A DNA stretch of 64,000 bases from an uncultured Phycisphaerales bacterium (GTDB lineage: Bacteria > Planctomycetota > Phycisphaerae > Tepidisphaerales > Tepidisphaeraceae). Shown here piece after piece: positions 33,849 to 45,139 of the stretch (its first letter is position 1; every line of letters starts with the position of its first letter). The notes below the pieces were generated by a model, which saw only the letters and a program-made list of their open reading frames with translations, was not told the origin of the DNA and made no database searches. The stretch covers positions 1,192,907-1,256,906 of the forward strand of contig CAWJPJ010000006.1 in the NCBI GenBank assembly GCA_963844715.1, written 5' to 3'. A program made the translations under genes and the position numbers.

Positions 33849-34155
33849 TTGCGAGTTGGCCGCCACGGCGGCTCTGCGACCAGTTGCCCGCCCTGAGCTT
33901 CGTCGAAGGGCCAGCCCGAGCCCGATCCTTCTACTCTCCACCTTCTACTTTCCACCCTGTACGTGCAGCTCGCCATCCTCTAGCGCAGCTCCCCACTCTC
34001 TAGCGCAGCTCGCCAACCTGACGCACCACAAGACGAATTGACGCAGCCAGCGCACCATGACCCACCCACGCCTCGCCTCGTCCCGATTTTGTGCGCTGCG
34101 GCTTACGCCCCCGCGGAACTAGATTCACCTCAGGCGGGTCCGCACAGGGTCCGAC

Positions 34156-36483
34156 ATGAAGCGAATCGCAATCGTTGTCGATGGCATCGTTCAAGGCGTC
34201 GGCTTCCGGCCCTTTGTGTATGGGTTAGCAACGAAATACCAACTGGGCGGCTTCGTCAGAAACAACGCCGGCAGCGTTGAGATCGAAGCCGAGGGGACGC
34301 CCGCCGATCTCGACCAGTTTATGCGGGCGATCACCGCCAGTCCCCCGCCGCTGGCGAGCATCCAGAACATTTCCTCCCGCTCGCAACCGCCCCGCGGCCA
34401 AACCCAGTTCCAGATCGTACCAAGCCAAAGAAACGATTCGCCCAACCGCGAGATTTTCATTTCCCCCGACGTCGCGACCTGCGACGAATGCCTGCTCGAT
34501 CTGTTCGATCCGCGAAACCGCCGGCATCTTTATCCATTCGTCAACTGCACCAATTGCGGCCCGCGACTCACGATCGTCCAAGGCGCTCCCTATGACAGAA
34601 ACCGCACGACGATGGCGTCCTTTGAGATGTGCCCCGATTGCCGCCGCGAATATGAAAATCCGTCCGACCGCCGATTTCACGCCCAGCCCACGTGTTGCCC
34701 CGTCTGCGGGCCGCGCCTGGAGATTTTGGATGCAGCCGGGAAGAGAATTGCGACGGCCGATCCGATCCGCGATCTCTCCGACGCCTTGAAAAACGGAAGA
34801 ATCGCCGCGATCAAAGGCCTCGGCGGTTATCACCTCGCCTGCGATGCGCGAAATGAAGAGACGGTTGCCGAACTTCGCCGCCGCAAGCATCGCGAGGAAA
34901 AACCCCTGGCGATCATGGTCCGCGACATCGCCACGGCACGGCTGTTGTGCGAAGTAAATCAAGCCGAAGAAAAGCTCCTGAATTCCTGGCGGCGTCCAAT
35001 CGTTTTATTGCGAAAAAAGACCGAAATTTCAGCCCAAATCGCCGCCTCCGTCGCGCCGAATAATCCCTGGCTTGGCGTGATGCTTCCATACACGCCCGTG
35101 CATCATCTCCTGCTCAAGGCTATGGATGGAATCCCCCTTGTGATGACGAGCGGGAATAGTTCGGACGAGCCGATTGCGTTCATCGATGACGATGCGGTCG
35201 CGCGCCTGGGAACGATTGCGGACGTGTTCTTAACTCACAATCGCCCGATTCACGTCCGCTGTGACGATTCGGTGACACGGATTGTCGAGGGGCGTGAGCT
35301 TCCGATTCGCCGTTCCCGCGGCTACGCCCCCCAGCCGATTCATTTGCCCACAAAATGCCCGGTCCCAACTCTCGCCACGGGCAGCCAGCTCAAAGCGACA
35401 TTTGCCCTCGCGAATGCGGATCACGCCTTCATCAGTCATCACCTGGGCGATTTGGATCATCTCGAAGCGGCCCGGGCGTTTGAGCGGGACGTCGCCCTAT
35501 ATGAGGACCTGTTCGAGATTCGGCCGCGATTAATCGCCCACGATATGCATCCGGATTACGTTTCAACGCATTACGCGGCCCGGCGCGCAAAGCAGGAGGG
35601 GCTGGAACTCCTGGCGATACAGCATCATCACGCGCACATGGCCAGTTGCATGGCGGAAAATGGATTGGATGAAAGAGTCATTGGCGTCTCGTTCGACGGC
35701 ACCGGCTTCGGAACCGACGAAACCGTTTGGGGCGGCGAATTCCTGCTGGGCGATTATCACGGATTCGAAAGAGCCGCCCATTTGCGCTGCGTCGGAATGC
35801 CCGGAGGCGAAAAGGCCATCCACGAGCCCTGGCGAATGGCGGTTTCCCATCTGACGGACGCCGGGTGTGACGATTCCTCCATCGCGGCGCGGGTTGGAGG
35901 GATTTCGATCAAAGCCGTTCGGCGAATGATATCGCGGCAATTCAACACGCCGCAGACAAGCAGCGCGGGGCGATTATTTGACGCGGTTGCCTCCCTGGCG
36001 GGAATTAGAGACCGAGTCAGCTATGAGGGGCAGGCCGCCATCGAGATGGAACATTTGGCGACGGGGCTCGAAGTGAATGGAAGTTATCCGTTCGAAATCT
36101 CCGGCGACGGTCCCTGGGTGGTGGATACCCGCCCCCTGATTGGCGCGGTTCTTGCTGATGTGAACAAAGGAACGAAATCCGGCGTTATGGCGCGGCGGTT
36201 TCATTCGACCGTGGCGGTCATGATCGCGTCCGCGTGCCGGAAGATTGCCAAATCGAGCGGCGTCACGACCGTCGTGCTTAGCGGCGGAGTGTTTCTGAAC
36301 GCGTTGCTCACCGGAGAATGCGCAGCGCGGCTGGAATCGGAAGGATTCCAGGTGTTCCGCCACAAGCTCGTCCCGCCAAACGACGGCGGATTGAGCCTCG
36401 GGCAATTGGCGATCGCCGCGGCGTTGGGGAAGGCCTCTCACGGCCAGGAGTCGATATGTGCCTCGCTATCCCGGGCAAAGTAA
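34156..36483 (+). CDS. hypF: Carbamoyltransferase HypF
   Basis: GIVQGVGFRPFVY, zinc fingers CTNCGPR, RRFHAQP, QHHHAH, PPNDGGLSLGQ. Confidence 0.97.
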   Translation: MKRIAIVVDGIVQGVGFRPFVYGLATKYQLGGFVRNNAGSVEIEAEGTPADLDQFMRAITASPPPLASIQNISSRSQPPRGQTQFQIVPSQRNDSPNREIFISPDVATCDECLLDLFDPRNRRHLYPFVNCTNCGPRLTIVQGAPYDRNRTTMASFEMCPDCRREYENPSDRRFHAQPTCCPVCGPRLEILDAAGKRIATADPIRDLSDALKNGRIAAIKGLGGYHLACDARNEETVAELRRRKHREEKPLAIMVRDIATARLLCEVNQAEEKLLNSWRRPIVLLRKKTEISAQIAASVAPNNPWLGVMLPYTPVHHLLLKAMDGIPLVMTSGNSSDEPIAFIDDDAVARLGTIADVFLTHNRPIHVRCDDSVTRIVEGRELPIRRSRGYAPQPIHLPTKCPVPTLATGSQLKATFALANADHAFISHHLGDLDHLEAARAFERDVALYEDLFEIRPRLIAHDMHPDYVSTHYAARRAKQEGLELLAIQHHHAHMASCMAENGLDERVIGVSFDGTGFGTDETVWGGEFLLGDYHGFERAAHLRCVGMPGGEKAIHEPWRMAVSHLTDAGCDDSSIAARVGGISIKAVRRMISRQFNTPQTSSAGRLFDAVASLAGIRDRVSYEGQAAIEMEHLATGLEVNGSYPFEISGDGPWVVDTRPLIGAVLADVNKGTKSGVMARRFHSTVAVMIASACRKIAKSSGVTTVVLSGGVFLNALLTGECAARLESEGFQVFRHKLVPPNDGGLSLGQLAIAAALGKASHGQESICASLSRAK

Positions 36484-36714
36484 TTCAAACCTACGCGGAA
36501 CACGACGTCCTGATGGGCAAAGTTGACTTCAGCGGCGTCACCAAGCGCGTCTGCCTCGCCCACGTGCCGACCGCCAAGGTTGGAGACTACGTGCTCGTGC
36601 ACGTCGGTTTTGCGACTCCAGGCGATCGACGAAGACGAAGCGCACAAGGTCTTTGAGTTTCTGGAAAAGATGAACCAGCTTGACGAAATCAACGAGCCGC
36701 AACCCACCCCATGA
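36456..36714 (+). CDS. hypC: Hydrogenase chaperone HypC (frameshift ~36612)
   Basis: MCLAIPGKV...[12 protein letters not shown] then [13 protein letters not shown]. Confidence 0.93.
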
Positions 36715-37856
36715 AATATCTCGACGAATATCGCGACGCGACAGCGGCCTCGAAGCTGGCCGACGCGATCGCGCACACTGTGACCCGCCCATGGACGATC
36801 ATGGAAGTCTGCGGCGGGCAGACCCATACGATCGTGAAATACGGCATCGACGAAATCCTGCCCCAGGAAATCGAGCTGGTTCATGGCCCCGGCTGCCCGG
36901 TTTGCGTCACCAGCCTGGAGATGATCGATCGAGCCCACGCAATCGCCGCCCGACCGGAGGTAACCTTCTGTTCCTTTGGCGACATGCTCCGCGTCCCGGG
37001 AAGTCGCGGGGATCTCCTCTCGCTCAAATCGCAGGGCGCCGATGTGCGCACGGTCTATTCCCCCCTGGATGCCGTGAATCTCGCGGCGGCGAATCCAAAT
37101 CGCAAGGTGGTCTTTTTCGCCATCGGTTTTGAGACGACGGCCCCGCCGAATGCCATGGCGGTTTGGATGGCGCACCAAAGGAAGTTGATGAATTTCAGCG
37201 TCCTGGTGTCGCACGTAACGGTGCCGCAGTCGATGACTTCGATTTTACAGGCGGAAGGAAACCGGGTCCGCGGTTTTCTGGGACCCGGGCATGTCTGCAC
37301 CGTGATGGGATACGAGGAATACGAACCGATCGCCAGGCATTATCGAGTGCCGATCGTCATCACCGGATTCGAGCCGGTGGACATGCTGGAGGGCGTGCTG
37401 ATGACGGTCAGGCAGTTGGAAAGCGGCCGGGCCGAGGTGGAGAACCAGTATAGCCGAGCGGTCTTGCGCGAGGGGAATGTGCATTCCCGGAAGCTGATCG
37501 ACGAGGTCTTCGAGATTTGCGATCGCAAATGGCGCGGCGTGGGTCTGATCCCGAAAAGCGGCTACAAGCTCCGCCACGAATATCGCGACCACGACGCCGA
37601 GCGGATTTTCGAAGTCGAGAACATCTCGACCGAGGAGTCGTCCATTTGCATCAGCGGGCAGGTCTTGCGGGGCTTGAAGAAACCGCACCAGTGCCCGGCC
37701 TTTGGGAAGACGTGCACTCCGCAAACCCCGCTGGGGGCCACAATGGTTTCGGCCGAAGGCGCATGCGCCGCTTACTACCACTACGGCCGGCATCTCGATG
37801 CAAATCGCAATCGATCCACAATCTCACTGCCGGTCACGGCGGGAGCGCACGCATGA
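36711..37856 (+). CDS. hypD: Hydrogenase maturation protein HypD
   Basis: [41 protein letters not shown]. Confidence 0.97.
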   Translation: MKYLDEYRDATAASKLADAIAHTVTRPWTIMEVCGGQTHTIVKYGIDEILPQEIELVHGPGCPVCVTSLEMIDRAHAIAARPEVTFCSFGDMLRVPGSRGDLLSLKSQGADVRTVYSPLDAVNLAAANPNRKVVFFAIGFETTAPPNAMAVWMAHQRKLMNFSVLVSHVTVPQSMTSILQAEGNRVRGFLGPGHVCTVMGYEEYEPIARHYRVPIVITGFEPVDMLEGVLMTVRQLESGRAEVENQYSRAVLREGNVHSRKLIDEVFEICDRKWRGVGLIPKSGYKLRHEYRDHDAERIFEVENISTEESSICISGQVLRGLKKPHQCPAFGKTCTPQTPLGATMVSAEGACAAYYHYGRHLDANRNRSTISLPVTAGAHA

Positions 37857-38485
37857 CCGCCGCATCCGCGACCATCCCGACCCCGACTTTCACACTGGAC
37901 GAATTGCAGGCCAAAGTCATGCCCAGGCCCGCGAAGCGATCCAGACGAAAGAAACATTCTTTTCAGAAAACGCGGGTCAGATCGCGCGATGCTGCGCAAG
38001 TTTGGCCCACGCGTTTGACGAAGGCGCGCGGCTCTTTGTTTTCGGCAACGGCGGAAGCTGCTGCGATGCGGCTCCACATGGCCGTCGAGTGCATGCACCC
38101 GATCATTCAAAAACGCCCGCCCCTCCCCGCGATTGCGCTCACGACCGATGTGGCGACGCTCACAGCCATCGGCAACGACCTCGATTTTTCAATGGCCTAC
38201 GCCGCGCAGCTCCACGTCCTGGCCAGACCCGGCGACATCGCCATGGGTTTCTCCACCAGCGGGAAATCATCCAACGTGAACCGGGCCCTCCAGGCCGCGA
38301 GACAATTGAAAATGTTCACAGTCGGATTCGCCGGACGCGATGGCGGGAAAATGCCCGAGTTTTGCGATTTTTGCTTCGTGGTGCGGAGTTTCAGCATTCC
38401 CCGGATTCAAGAAACCCAGGAGACCCTGCTGCACATTGTCTGGGATTTGATTCACGTCATTCGCGGCGAGGAGGATGTCCTATGA
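37853..38485 (+). CDS. SIS-domain protein, GmhA-like (frameshifted)
   Basis: [39 protein letters not shown]. Confidence 0.85.
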   Translation: MTAASATIPTPTFTLDELQAKVMPRPAKRSRRKKHSFQKTRVRSRDAAQVWPTRLTKARGSLFSATAEAAAMRLHMAVECMHPIIQKRPPLPAIALTTDVATLTAIGNDLDFSMAYAAQLHVLARPGDIAMGFSTSGKSSNVNRALQAARQLKMFTVGFAGRDGGKMPEFCDFCFVVRSFSIPRIQETQETLLHIVWDLIHVIRGEEDVL

Positions 38486-39558
38486 CCAGCGCCGCCGAGC
38501 CGATCAATGTGGAAATGTTCGGCACCTGCCCGACCCCGAAATACGACTACGACCGCATTCTCCTCGGACACGGAAGCGGCGGCGGCCTCACCGCCGACCT
38601 GATCCGCCGCGTCTTCATGCCGGAATTCCAAAACAAAACGCTCATGGCGATGGAGGATCAGGCGACCCTTAGCCTCGGCACAAAATCGCCAAGGCTCGCG
38701 TTTACAACCGACTCCTTCGTCGTGCAGCCGCTCTTCTTCCCGGGCGGGGATATCGGCAGGCTCGCCGTGCATGGAACAGTCAATGACCTGGCGGTGGGCG
38801 GCGCCAAGCCGATGTTTTTGTCCGCGGCTTTCATTTTGGAGGAGGGATTGCCGCTTGAAGACCTGAAGCGAATCGTCGCCTCGATGCGGCAAAGCTGCGA
38901 AGAAGCCGGAGTTCAACTCGTCACCGGCGACACCAAAGTCGTCGATCGCGGCAAGGGAGATCAGATCTTTATCGCCACTTCCGGAATTGGCGTGGTCCCG
39001 GCGGGCCGCGACCTTTCAATACACAACGCCAAGCCCGGCGATCGAATCTTGGTATCCGGAACCATCGGCGATCACGGAATCGCCATCATGTCCGTGCGCG
39101 AAGGAATCGAATTTGAAACCGTTTTGGAAAGCGACAGCGCGCCGCTAGGGACCCTGACGGAAGCAATGCTCGAGGCGGTCCCTTCAATTCGCTGCATGCG
39201 CGATCCAACCCGCGGCGGCGTTTCCAGCACGCTAAACGAACTGGCCGACGCATCGGCAGTAGGAGTGAAGATCACGGAGGCAAGGCTTCCGGTGCGCGGG
39301 GAAGTGCGGGCGGCGTGTGAAATGCTTGGATTGGATCCATTGTACGTCGCCAACGAGGGCAAGTTGATAGCCGTCTGCCCCGCCGGCGATGCGGACCGCC
39401 TGCTTGTGGCGATGCGTTCCCATCCCCTGGGAAAAAACGCCGCCATCATCGGAGAAATCGTGGATGAGCACGCCGGAATGGTGGTCTTGAAATCGCTGGT
39501 CGGCGGCGAGCGCGTGGTGACGATGCTCGCCGGCGAGCAACTGCCGAGGATTTGCTGA
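38482..39558 (+). CDS. hypE: Carbamoyl dehydratase HypE
   Basis: HGSGG, TTDSFVV, GTVNDL, GDTKVV, MRDPTRGG, C-terminal LPRIC. Confidence 0.97.
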   Translation: MTSAAEPINVEMFGTCPTPKYDYDRILLGHGSGGGLTADLIRRVFMPEFQNKTLMAMEDQATLSLGTKSPRLAFTTDSFVVQPLFFPGGDIGRLAVHGTVNDLAVGGAKPMFLSAAFILEEGLPLEDLKRIVASMRQSCEEAGVQLVTGDTKVVDRGKGDQIFIATSGIGVVPAGRDLSIHNAKPGDRILVSGTIGDHGIAIMSVREGIEFETVLESDSAPLGTLTEAMLEAVPSIRCMRDPTRGGVSSTLNELADASAVGVKITEARLPVRGEVRAACEMLGLDPLYVANEGKLIAVCPAGDADRLLVAMRSHPLGKNAAIIGEIVDEHAGMVVLKSLVGGERVVTMLAGEQLPRIC

Positions 39559-39560
39559 TC

Positions 39561-40376
39561 ATGACTTCCGATATCTCCGTCAGCACGATCGACGATCAGC
39601 CGCCCAAGAAGGCGCGCGGCCAGATTCTGCGCAGCGAGATCGAGGAGGGCGTCGAGTCCCAGCAGCGCCCCCTCAGCGGGCTCTTTTTCTCCGGATTGTC
39701 GGCGGGTTTGGACATCGGATTCAGCGCCCTGCTCATGGCTGTCATGTGGACGCTGACCGACGGGCATCTCCCCCAGGCCATTTCGCGGCTGCTCATCGCC
39801 AATATGTATGCGGTGGGCTTTGTCTTCGTGGTGGTGGGACGATCGGAACTATTCACCGAGCAGACGACGTTGGCGGTGCTGCCCATGCTGAGCCGCGAGA
39901 CGACGTTCGCGTCGCTGCTTCGATTATGGGGAATTGTGTATGTGTCGAATCTCCTCGGCGCGACGGCGTTCGCCTTTTTGGCCGCGACGATCGCGCCGGA
40001 CATGGGCGTGGCGTCCGCGCGGGCTTTCGGCGCCATCGCCGAGCGCATGACCGCGCATGGAAGCCAGACGATCTTCCTCAGCGCCATGCTCGCCGGCTGG
40101 CTCATGGGATTGATGTCCTGGCTGGTCGCGGCGGCGCACGACACCATCAGCCAGATCATGTTCGTCTGGTTGATCGCAACCTGCATCGGATTTGTCGGAC
40201 TGCATCACGTTGTGCTGGGCTCGGTGGAAGTGCTCGCGGGTATTTTTGCGCATCAGGGAATCCCAACAACCGAATTCGGCCGCTTTCTGCTTTGGACCAC
40301 GCTGGGAAACATCGTGGGCGGCTCCATTTTCGTGGGCCTGCTCAAATACAGCCATTCCAAACCGGAAGGCGCATAA
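39561..40376 (+). CDS. Formate/nitrite transporter family protein (YfdC-like)
   Basis: GRSELFTEQT, SNLLG, AGWLM, GLHHVV, TLGNIVGG. Confidence 0.88.
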   Translation: MTSDISVSTIDDQPPKKARGQILRSEIEEGVESQQRPLSGLFFSGLSAGLDIGFSALLMAVMWTLTDGHLPQAISRLLIANMYAVGFVFVVVGRSELFTEQTTLAVLPMLSRETTFASLLRLWGIVYVSNLLGATAFAFLAATIAPDMGVASARAFGAIAERMTAHGSQTIFLSAMLAGWLMGLMSWLVAAAHDTISQIMFVWLIATCIGFVGLHHVVLGSVEVLAGIFAHQGIPTTEFGRFLLWTTLGNIVGGSIFVGLLKYSHSKPEGA

Positions 40377-40391
40377 GAAAGGATCGCCATC

Positions 40392-41465
40392 ATGACTCAG
40401 ACAGACGCTCCATACGGAAGAAAGACGCAGCGCCCATCGCCGGTGAAGGAAATCCACATCCTCTGGATCACCGCGGGCCTCGGTTGCGACGGTGATTCGG
40501 TCTCCATCACGGCGGCAACACAGCCCAGTGTGGAAGATGTCTTGCTCGGAGCGATCCCCGGATTGCCTAAGGTGCATCTGCACAATCCCGTGCTCGCGTA
40601 CGAGGTGGGGGATGAGTTCATGCAATTTTGGTATCAGGCCGAGGAGGGACGGCTCGATCCGTTCGTGCTGGTGATCGAGGGGTCCATCCCCAACGAAAAA
40701 ATCAAGGAAGAGGGATACTGGGCAGCGCTGGGAACGGATAAGAAGACCGGTCAACCGATCACCACCTGCGAATGGATCGACCGCCTGGCGCCCAAGGCGC
40801 TGGCGGTTGTGGCCTGCGGAACATGCGCCACCTATGGCGGCATTCACGCCATGGAGGGAAATCCAACCGGCTGCATGGGCCTGGCGGATTACCTGGGATG
40901 GAGTTGGAAATCCAAGGCCGGCCTCCCCATCGTCAACGTGCCCGGGTGCCCCGTGCAGCCCGACAACTTCATGGAAACGCTCCTCTATCTGCTTTATCAG
41001 GTGGCTGGACTTGCGCCGATGATTCCGCTCGACGAGCAGCTCAGGCCCAAGTGGCTGTTCGGCGCGACCGTTCACGACGGTTGCGATCGAGCGGGCTATT
41101 ACGAGCAGGCGGATTTCACCAAAGAGTATGGCTCGCCCAAGTGCCTGGTGAAGATCGGGTGCTGGGGCCCCGTGGTGAATTGCAATGTTCCAAAACGCGG
41201 CTGGATGGCGGGAATTGGCGGGTGCCCCAACGTCGGCGGCATCTGCATCGGTTGCACCATGCCCGGTTTCCCCGACAAATTCATGCCGTTCATGGACGAG
41301 CCCCCCGGGGCGGCCGTCTCCACCAAGGGTATCGCGATCTATGGCAGAACCATCCGCACCCTTCGCAGTTTCACGAATCATACGGTGAACCAGGAGCCGA
41401 AGTGGCGCCATCGCCGCCCCGCCCTCACCACCGGTTATCACCCCGTCAGTTATTCACGCCCGTAA
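40392..41465 (+). CDS. hhyS: Group 1h [NiFe]-hydrogenase small subunit (no Tat signal)
   Basis: ILWITAGLGCDGDS, CGTCATYGGI, PGCPVQPDN, HDGCDR, GGCPNVGGICIGC. Confidence 0.92.
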   Translation: MTQTDAPYGRKTQRPSPVKEIHILWITAGLGCDGDSVSITAATQPSVEDVLLGAIPGLPKVHLHNPVLAYEVGDEFMQFWYQAEEGRLDPFVLVIEGSIPNEKIKEEGYWAALGTDKKTGQPITTCEWIDRLAPKALAVVACGTCATYGGIHAMEGNPTGCMGLADYLGWSWKSKAGLPIVNVPGCPVQPDNFMETLLYLLYQVAGLAPMIPLDEQLRPKWLFGATVHDGCDRAGYYEQADFTKEYGSPKCLVKIGCWGPVVNCNVPKRGWMAGIGGCPNVGGICIGCTMPGFPDKFMPFMDEPPGAAVSTKGIAIYGRTIRTLRSFTNHTVNQEPKWRHRRPALTTGYHPVSYSRP

Positions 41466-41482
41466 CTTGAAAGGAATATGTC

Positions 41483-43281
41483 ATGACCACCACCGCCGCA
41501 CCGGCACGAGACACTTCGACCAGCAATCGGAAACTCGTCGAGATGTCCTGGGACCCCATTACCCGCATCGTCGGGAGCCTGGGGATTTACACCAAGCTCG
41601 ACTTTGAAAAAAAGGTTGTCGCCGAGTGTCACAGCACCTCTTCGATTTTCCGCGGGTACAGCATCTTTATGAAAGGCAAAGACCCGCGCGATGCGCATTT
41701 CATCACCAGCCGCATCTGCGGAATCTGCGGGGACAATCACGCGACCTGCGCCTGTTACGCGCAAAACATGGCGTTTGGAATCAAGCCCCCGGCGATCGCC
41801 GAATGGATCGTGAATCTCGGCGAAGCGGCGGAATACATGTTCGACCACAACATATTCCAGGACAACCTGGTCGGCGTGGATTTCTGCGAGCAGATGGTCA
41901 AGGAGACCAATCCATCCGTCTGGGCCAAAGCGCAGAAGACGGCGGCTCCGCACGCGGATATCCATCACTTTCGCACCATCGCGGACATCATGACCTCGCT
42001 GAATCCGTTCACCGGGACTTTCTACCGCGAGGCGTTGTCGATGAGCCGGATGACGCGGGAAATGTTCTGCCTGATGGAAGGCAGGCACGTGCATCCCTCG
42101 ACGCTCTATCCGGGCGGCGTCGGGACCGTGCCGACGGTGCAGTTATTCACCGATTATCTCGTGCGCCTGATGAAATACGTCGAGTTCATGAAGAAAGTCG
42201 TGCCCATGCACGATGATCTGTTCGATTTCTTCTACCAGGCCCTCCCCGGCTACGAAAAAGTGGGCCAGCGGCGCGTCCTGCTGGGATGCTGGGGATCGTT
42301 CAATAACCCCGACGTGTGCGACTACACCTACAAGAACATGAGCAAATGGGGCAAGGCGATGTACGTCACGCCCGGCGTAATCGTCGATGGCAAACTCGTC
42401 ACCAACGATCTGATCGACATCAATCTGAACATCCGCATCCTGCTGGGAAGTTCCTATTACGATGATTGGAACGACCAGGAGATGTTCGTCAAGGAAGATC
42501 CGCTCGGGAACCCGGTGGATCGGCGCCATCCCTGGAACCAGACCACAACGCCGCGCCCGCAGAAGCGCGATTTCAGCGACAAATACAGCTGGGTGATGTC
42601 CCCGCGCTGGTTCGACAAGCGGACGGGCGACCATCTGGCGCTCGATACCGGCGGCGGGCCGATCGCGCGGCTCTGGTCCACGGCGTTATCCGGGCTCGTC
42701 GATATCGGCTACATCAAGGCGACCGGCAGCAGCGTCAAGATCTATCTGCCCAAAACGATGTCCATGCCGGAAGTGGAATTCGAATGGAAGATCCCCAAAT
42801 GGAGCAACTGCATCGAGCGCGATCGGGCCCGGACCTATTTCCAGGCGTATGCCGCCGCGGCGGCGCTTTATTTCGTCGAAAAGGCGCTGACGGAAGTACA
42901 CGCGGGAAATACCAAGACCTGGACCGAGTTCAAGGTTCCGGACGAAGCGATTGCCTGCGGGTTCCATGAGGCGGTGCGCGGCGTGCTTTCGCATCACGTC
43001 GTAATTCGCGGCGGAAAGATCGCCAACTATCACCCCTACCCCCCCACTCCCTGGAACGCGAATCCCCGCGATTCGTTTGGGACGCCGGGACCGTACGAGG
43101 ATGCAGTTCAAAACACGCCGATTTTCGAGGAAAATGGGCCGGATAAGTTCAAAGGGATCGACATCATGCTGCGCGGTGCGAAGCTTCGATCCGTGTTTGC
43201 CGTGCGGCGTGCACATGTACCTCGGTGGCGGCAAGACCCTCGAGGTCCACCATCAGCCCATGTTCGGGTCGCAGCGCGTAA
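41483..43281 (+). CDS. hhyL: Group 1h [NiFe]-hydrogenase large subunit (frameshift ~43170; 3' end approximate)
   Basis: L1 TSRICGICGDNH; L2 VRSFDPCLPCGVH in the shifted frame; N-terminus MSWDPITRIVGSLG. Confidence 0.93.
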
Positions 43282-43294
43282 ACAAGGAGCGAAG

Positions 43295-43855
43295 ATGGCC
43301 AACGCGACGGAAGACCTTCGCCTGCGCGAGCGGATCAGACGGATCGATACGCTGTTGCAGGAAATCGACAAGTTCCCCGACCCGCAGGCGAAGGGGCGCA
43401 TGAGGGAAATCGTTCAGTGCGTCATGGACATGCACGGCGCCGTTTTGGAACGGATTTTCGATCAGGTCGCCGAAAGCCCCGAATCCGGAACCACGCTGAT
43501 CGATTCCCTGGCCAAGGATGACCTCATCGCGAGTTTGCTGATTTTGTACGGCTTGCATCCGCTCGATATCGAGACGCGCGTCGCCGAGGCGCTGGAAAAA
43601 GTCCGGCCGTATCTGCACTCCCACGGTGGAAACGTCGAATTGCTCGGCCTCGACGACGGCGTTGTGCGGCTGCGGCTCCAAGGAAGCTGCCACGGATGCC
43701 CCTCTTCGGCGATGACCCTCAAGAGCACCATCGAAGAGGCTATCATGGAAAAGGCGCCGGATGTGGCGGGCATTGACGTGGAGGGCCAAACCACTGAATC
43801 GGTCGCCGGCGAGGCGGAACACAAGGGCCTGGCGCTGCCGGTGATTTCCGGGTGA
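43295..43855 (+). CDS. NifU-like Fe-S protein (HhyE-like)
   Basis: Own RBS AAGGAG before ATG; LYGLHP...VRPYLHSHGGNVEL...GSCHGCPSS. Confidence 0.88.
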   Translation: MANATEDLRLRERIRRIDTLLQEIDKFPDPQAKGRMREIVQCVMDMHGAVLERIFDQVAESPESGTTLIDSLAKDDLIASLLILYGLHPLDIETRVAEALEKVRPYLHSHGGNVELLGLDDGVVRLRLQGSCHGCPSSAMTLKSTIEEAIMEKAPDVAGIDVEGQTTESVAGEAEHKGLALPVISG

Positions 43856-43862
43856 GGCGCGT

Positions 43863-44499
43863 ATGTCAATCACCGACACATCATCGCAACAACCGCTGCC
43901 AGGCCTGCGTGGCTTTGTGCGGCCGCGCAAAAATGTGGAAACCTGCGAGCTGTGCGGGGCCGCCCTTGAACGGCCGGCACCAGCACTTGCTGGAAGTGAA
44001 TGCCCGTCGCCTGGTGTGCAGTTGCGATGCGTGCGCGATTTTGTTCAGCGGACGCGGCGTGCGATATCGCCGGGTGCCGCGACGGATCGAATGCCTCGAG
44101 GATTTTCGCATCACCGATGAGCAATGGGAGGGGCTGCATCTGCCGATCAATCTCGCCTTCTTTTATTTCAGCACGCCGGCGGGAAAAGTCGTCGCGATGT
44201 TTCCCAGCCCGGCCGGGGCAACCGAATCGCTTTTGACTTTGCAAACCTGGGACGAGCTGGTCGAGGCCAATCCGGTGCTCAAGGAATTGGAGCCGGATGT
44301 CGAGGCCCTGCTCGTCAATCGAGTCGGAAAAGCCCGGGATTATTGCCGGGCCCCGATCGATGAATGTTACAAACTGGTCGGGCTGATCCGAACCTATTGG
44401 CGCGGACTGTCGGGCGGCAATGAAGTATGGGAACAACTCGCCGCTTTCTTCGCGGAGGTGAGAAATAAATCCGGCTCCAAGGGAGGACCCAATGCCTGA
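43863..44499 (+). CDS. DUF5947-like hydrogenase accessory protein (frameshift ~43965)
   Basis: CELCG, H-x-H, CSCDAC, FPSPAGATES, PIDECYKLVG. Confidence 0.8.
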
Positions 44500-45139
44500 T
44501 CTCTCGTTCGACATTTTAGGGGCTGAACCCGTGCAATTCGCGGCTTCGCCCATGATCCATTTCGCCCTCAAGGTCAAAGATGCGGAACTCGGCAAAATTC
44601 ACGCCGTCGCGCTGCGATGCCAGATTCGCATCGAACCCGCGCAGCGGAGATACGACGCGGGGGAAAAAGCTCGCCTCCGCGATCTCTTTGGCGAGCCGTC
44701 CCGATGGGGACAAACCATGCGCACGATGCTCTGGGCCCATACCACGGCGGTCGTTCCCCCCTTTGAAGGGACCACGACGGTTCAACTTCCGGTCGCCTGC
44801 ACCTATGATTTCAATATCGCCGCGGCGAAATACTTTTATGGATTGGATGAGGGTGAAGTCCCGCTCTGCTTCCTGTTCAGTGGAACAATCTTCTTTTCCA
44901 GCGAAGACGGAAACATGCAAATTTCCCAAATTCCGTGGGAAAAGGAGGCAAATTTCAGGCTGCCCGTGAAGGTCTGGCGGGAAATGATGGCGTTTTATTA
45001 TCCGAACACCGCGTGGCTGCCGCTGCGCAAGGATGTCTTCGATCAGCTCTACGAATTCAAAACCCGCCATTCCCTCCCGACCTGGGAAGCGGCGATGGAG
45101 AAGCTGATCGGCTCACAAATTGAACAGGTGGAAACGTGA
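44492..45139 (+). CDS. DUF6084-like hydrogenase accessory protein
   Basis: LRCQIRIEP, LFGEPSRWG, CTYDF, LFSGT, YPNTAWL. Confidence 0.8.
   Translation: MPDLSFDILGAEPVQFAASPMIHFALKVKDAELGKIHAVALRCQIRIEPAQRRYDAGEKARLRDLFGEPSRWGQTMRTMLWAHTTAVVPPFEGTTTVQLPVACTYDFNIAAAKYFYGLDEGEVPLCFLFSGTIFFSSEDGNMQISQIPWEKEANFRLPVKVWREMMAFYYPNTAWLPLRKDVFDQLYEFKTRHSLPTWEAAMEKLIGSQIEQVET

Noticed and set aside
37702..39558. 618-aa SIS-HypE fusion
   Set aside because: Frameshift artefact; hypE starts at 38482, overlapping the SIS stop.
41483..43855. 790-aa hydrogenase large subunit-NifU fusion in the ORF track
   Set aside because: The L2 motif DPCLPCGVH is in another frame after ~43170, and the NifU gene has its own RBS and ATG at 43295.
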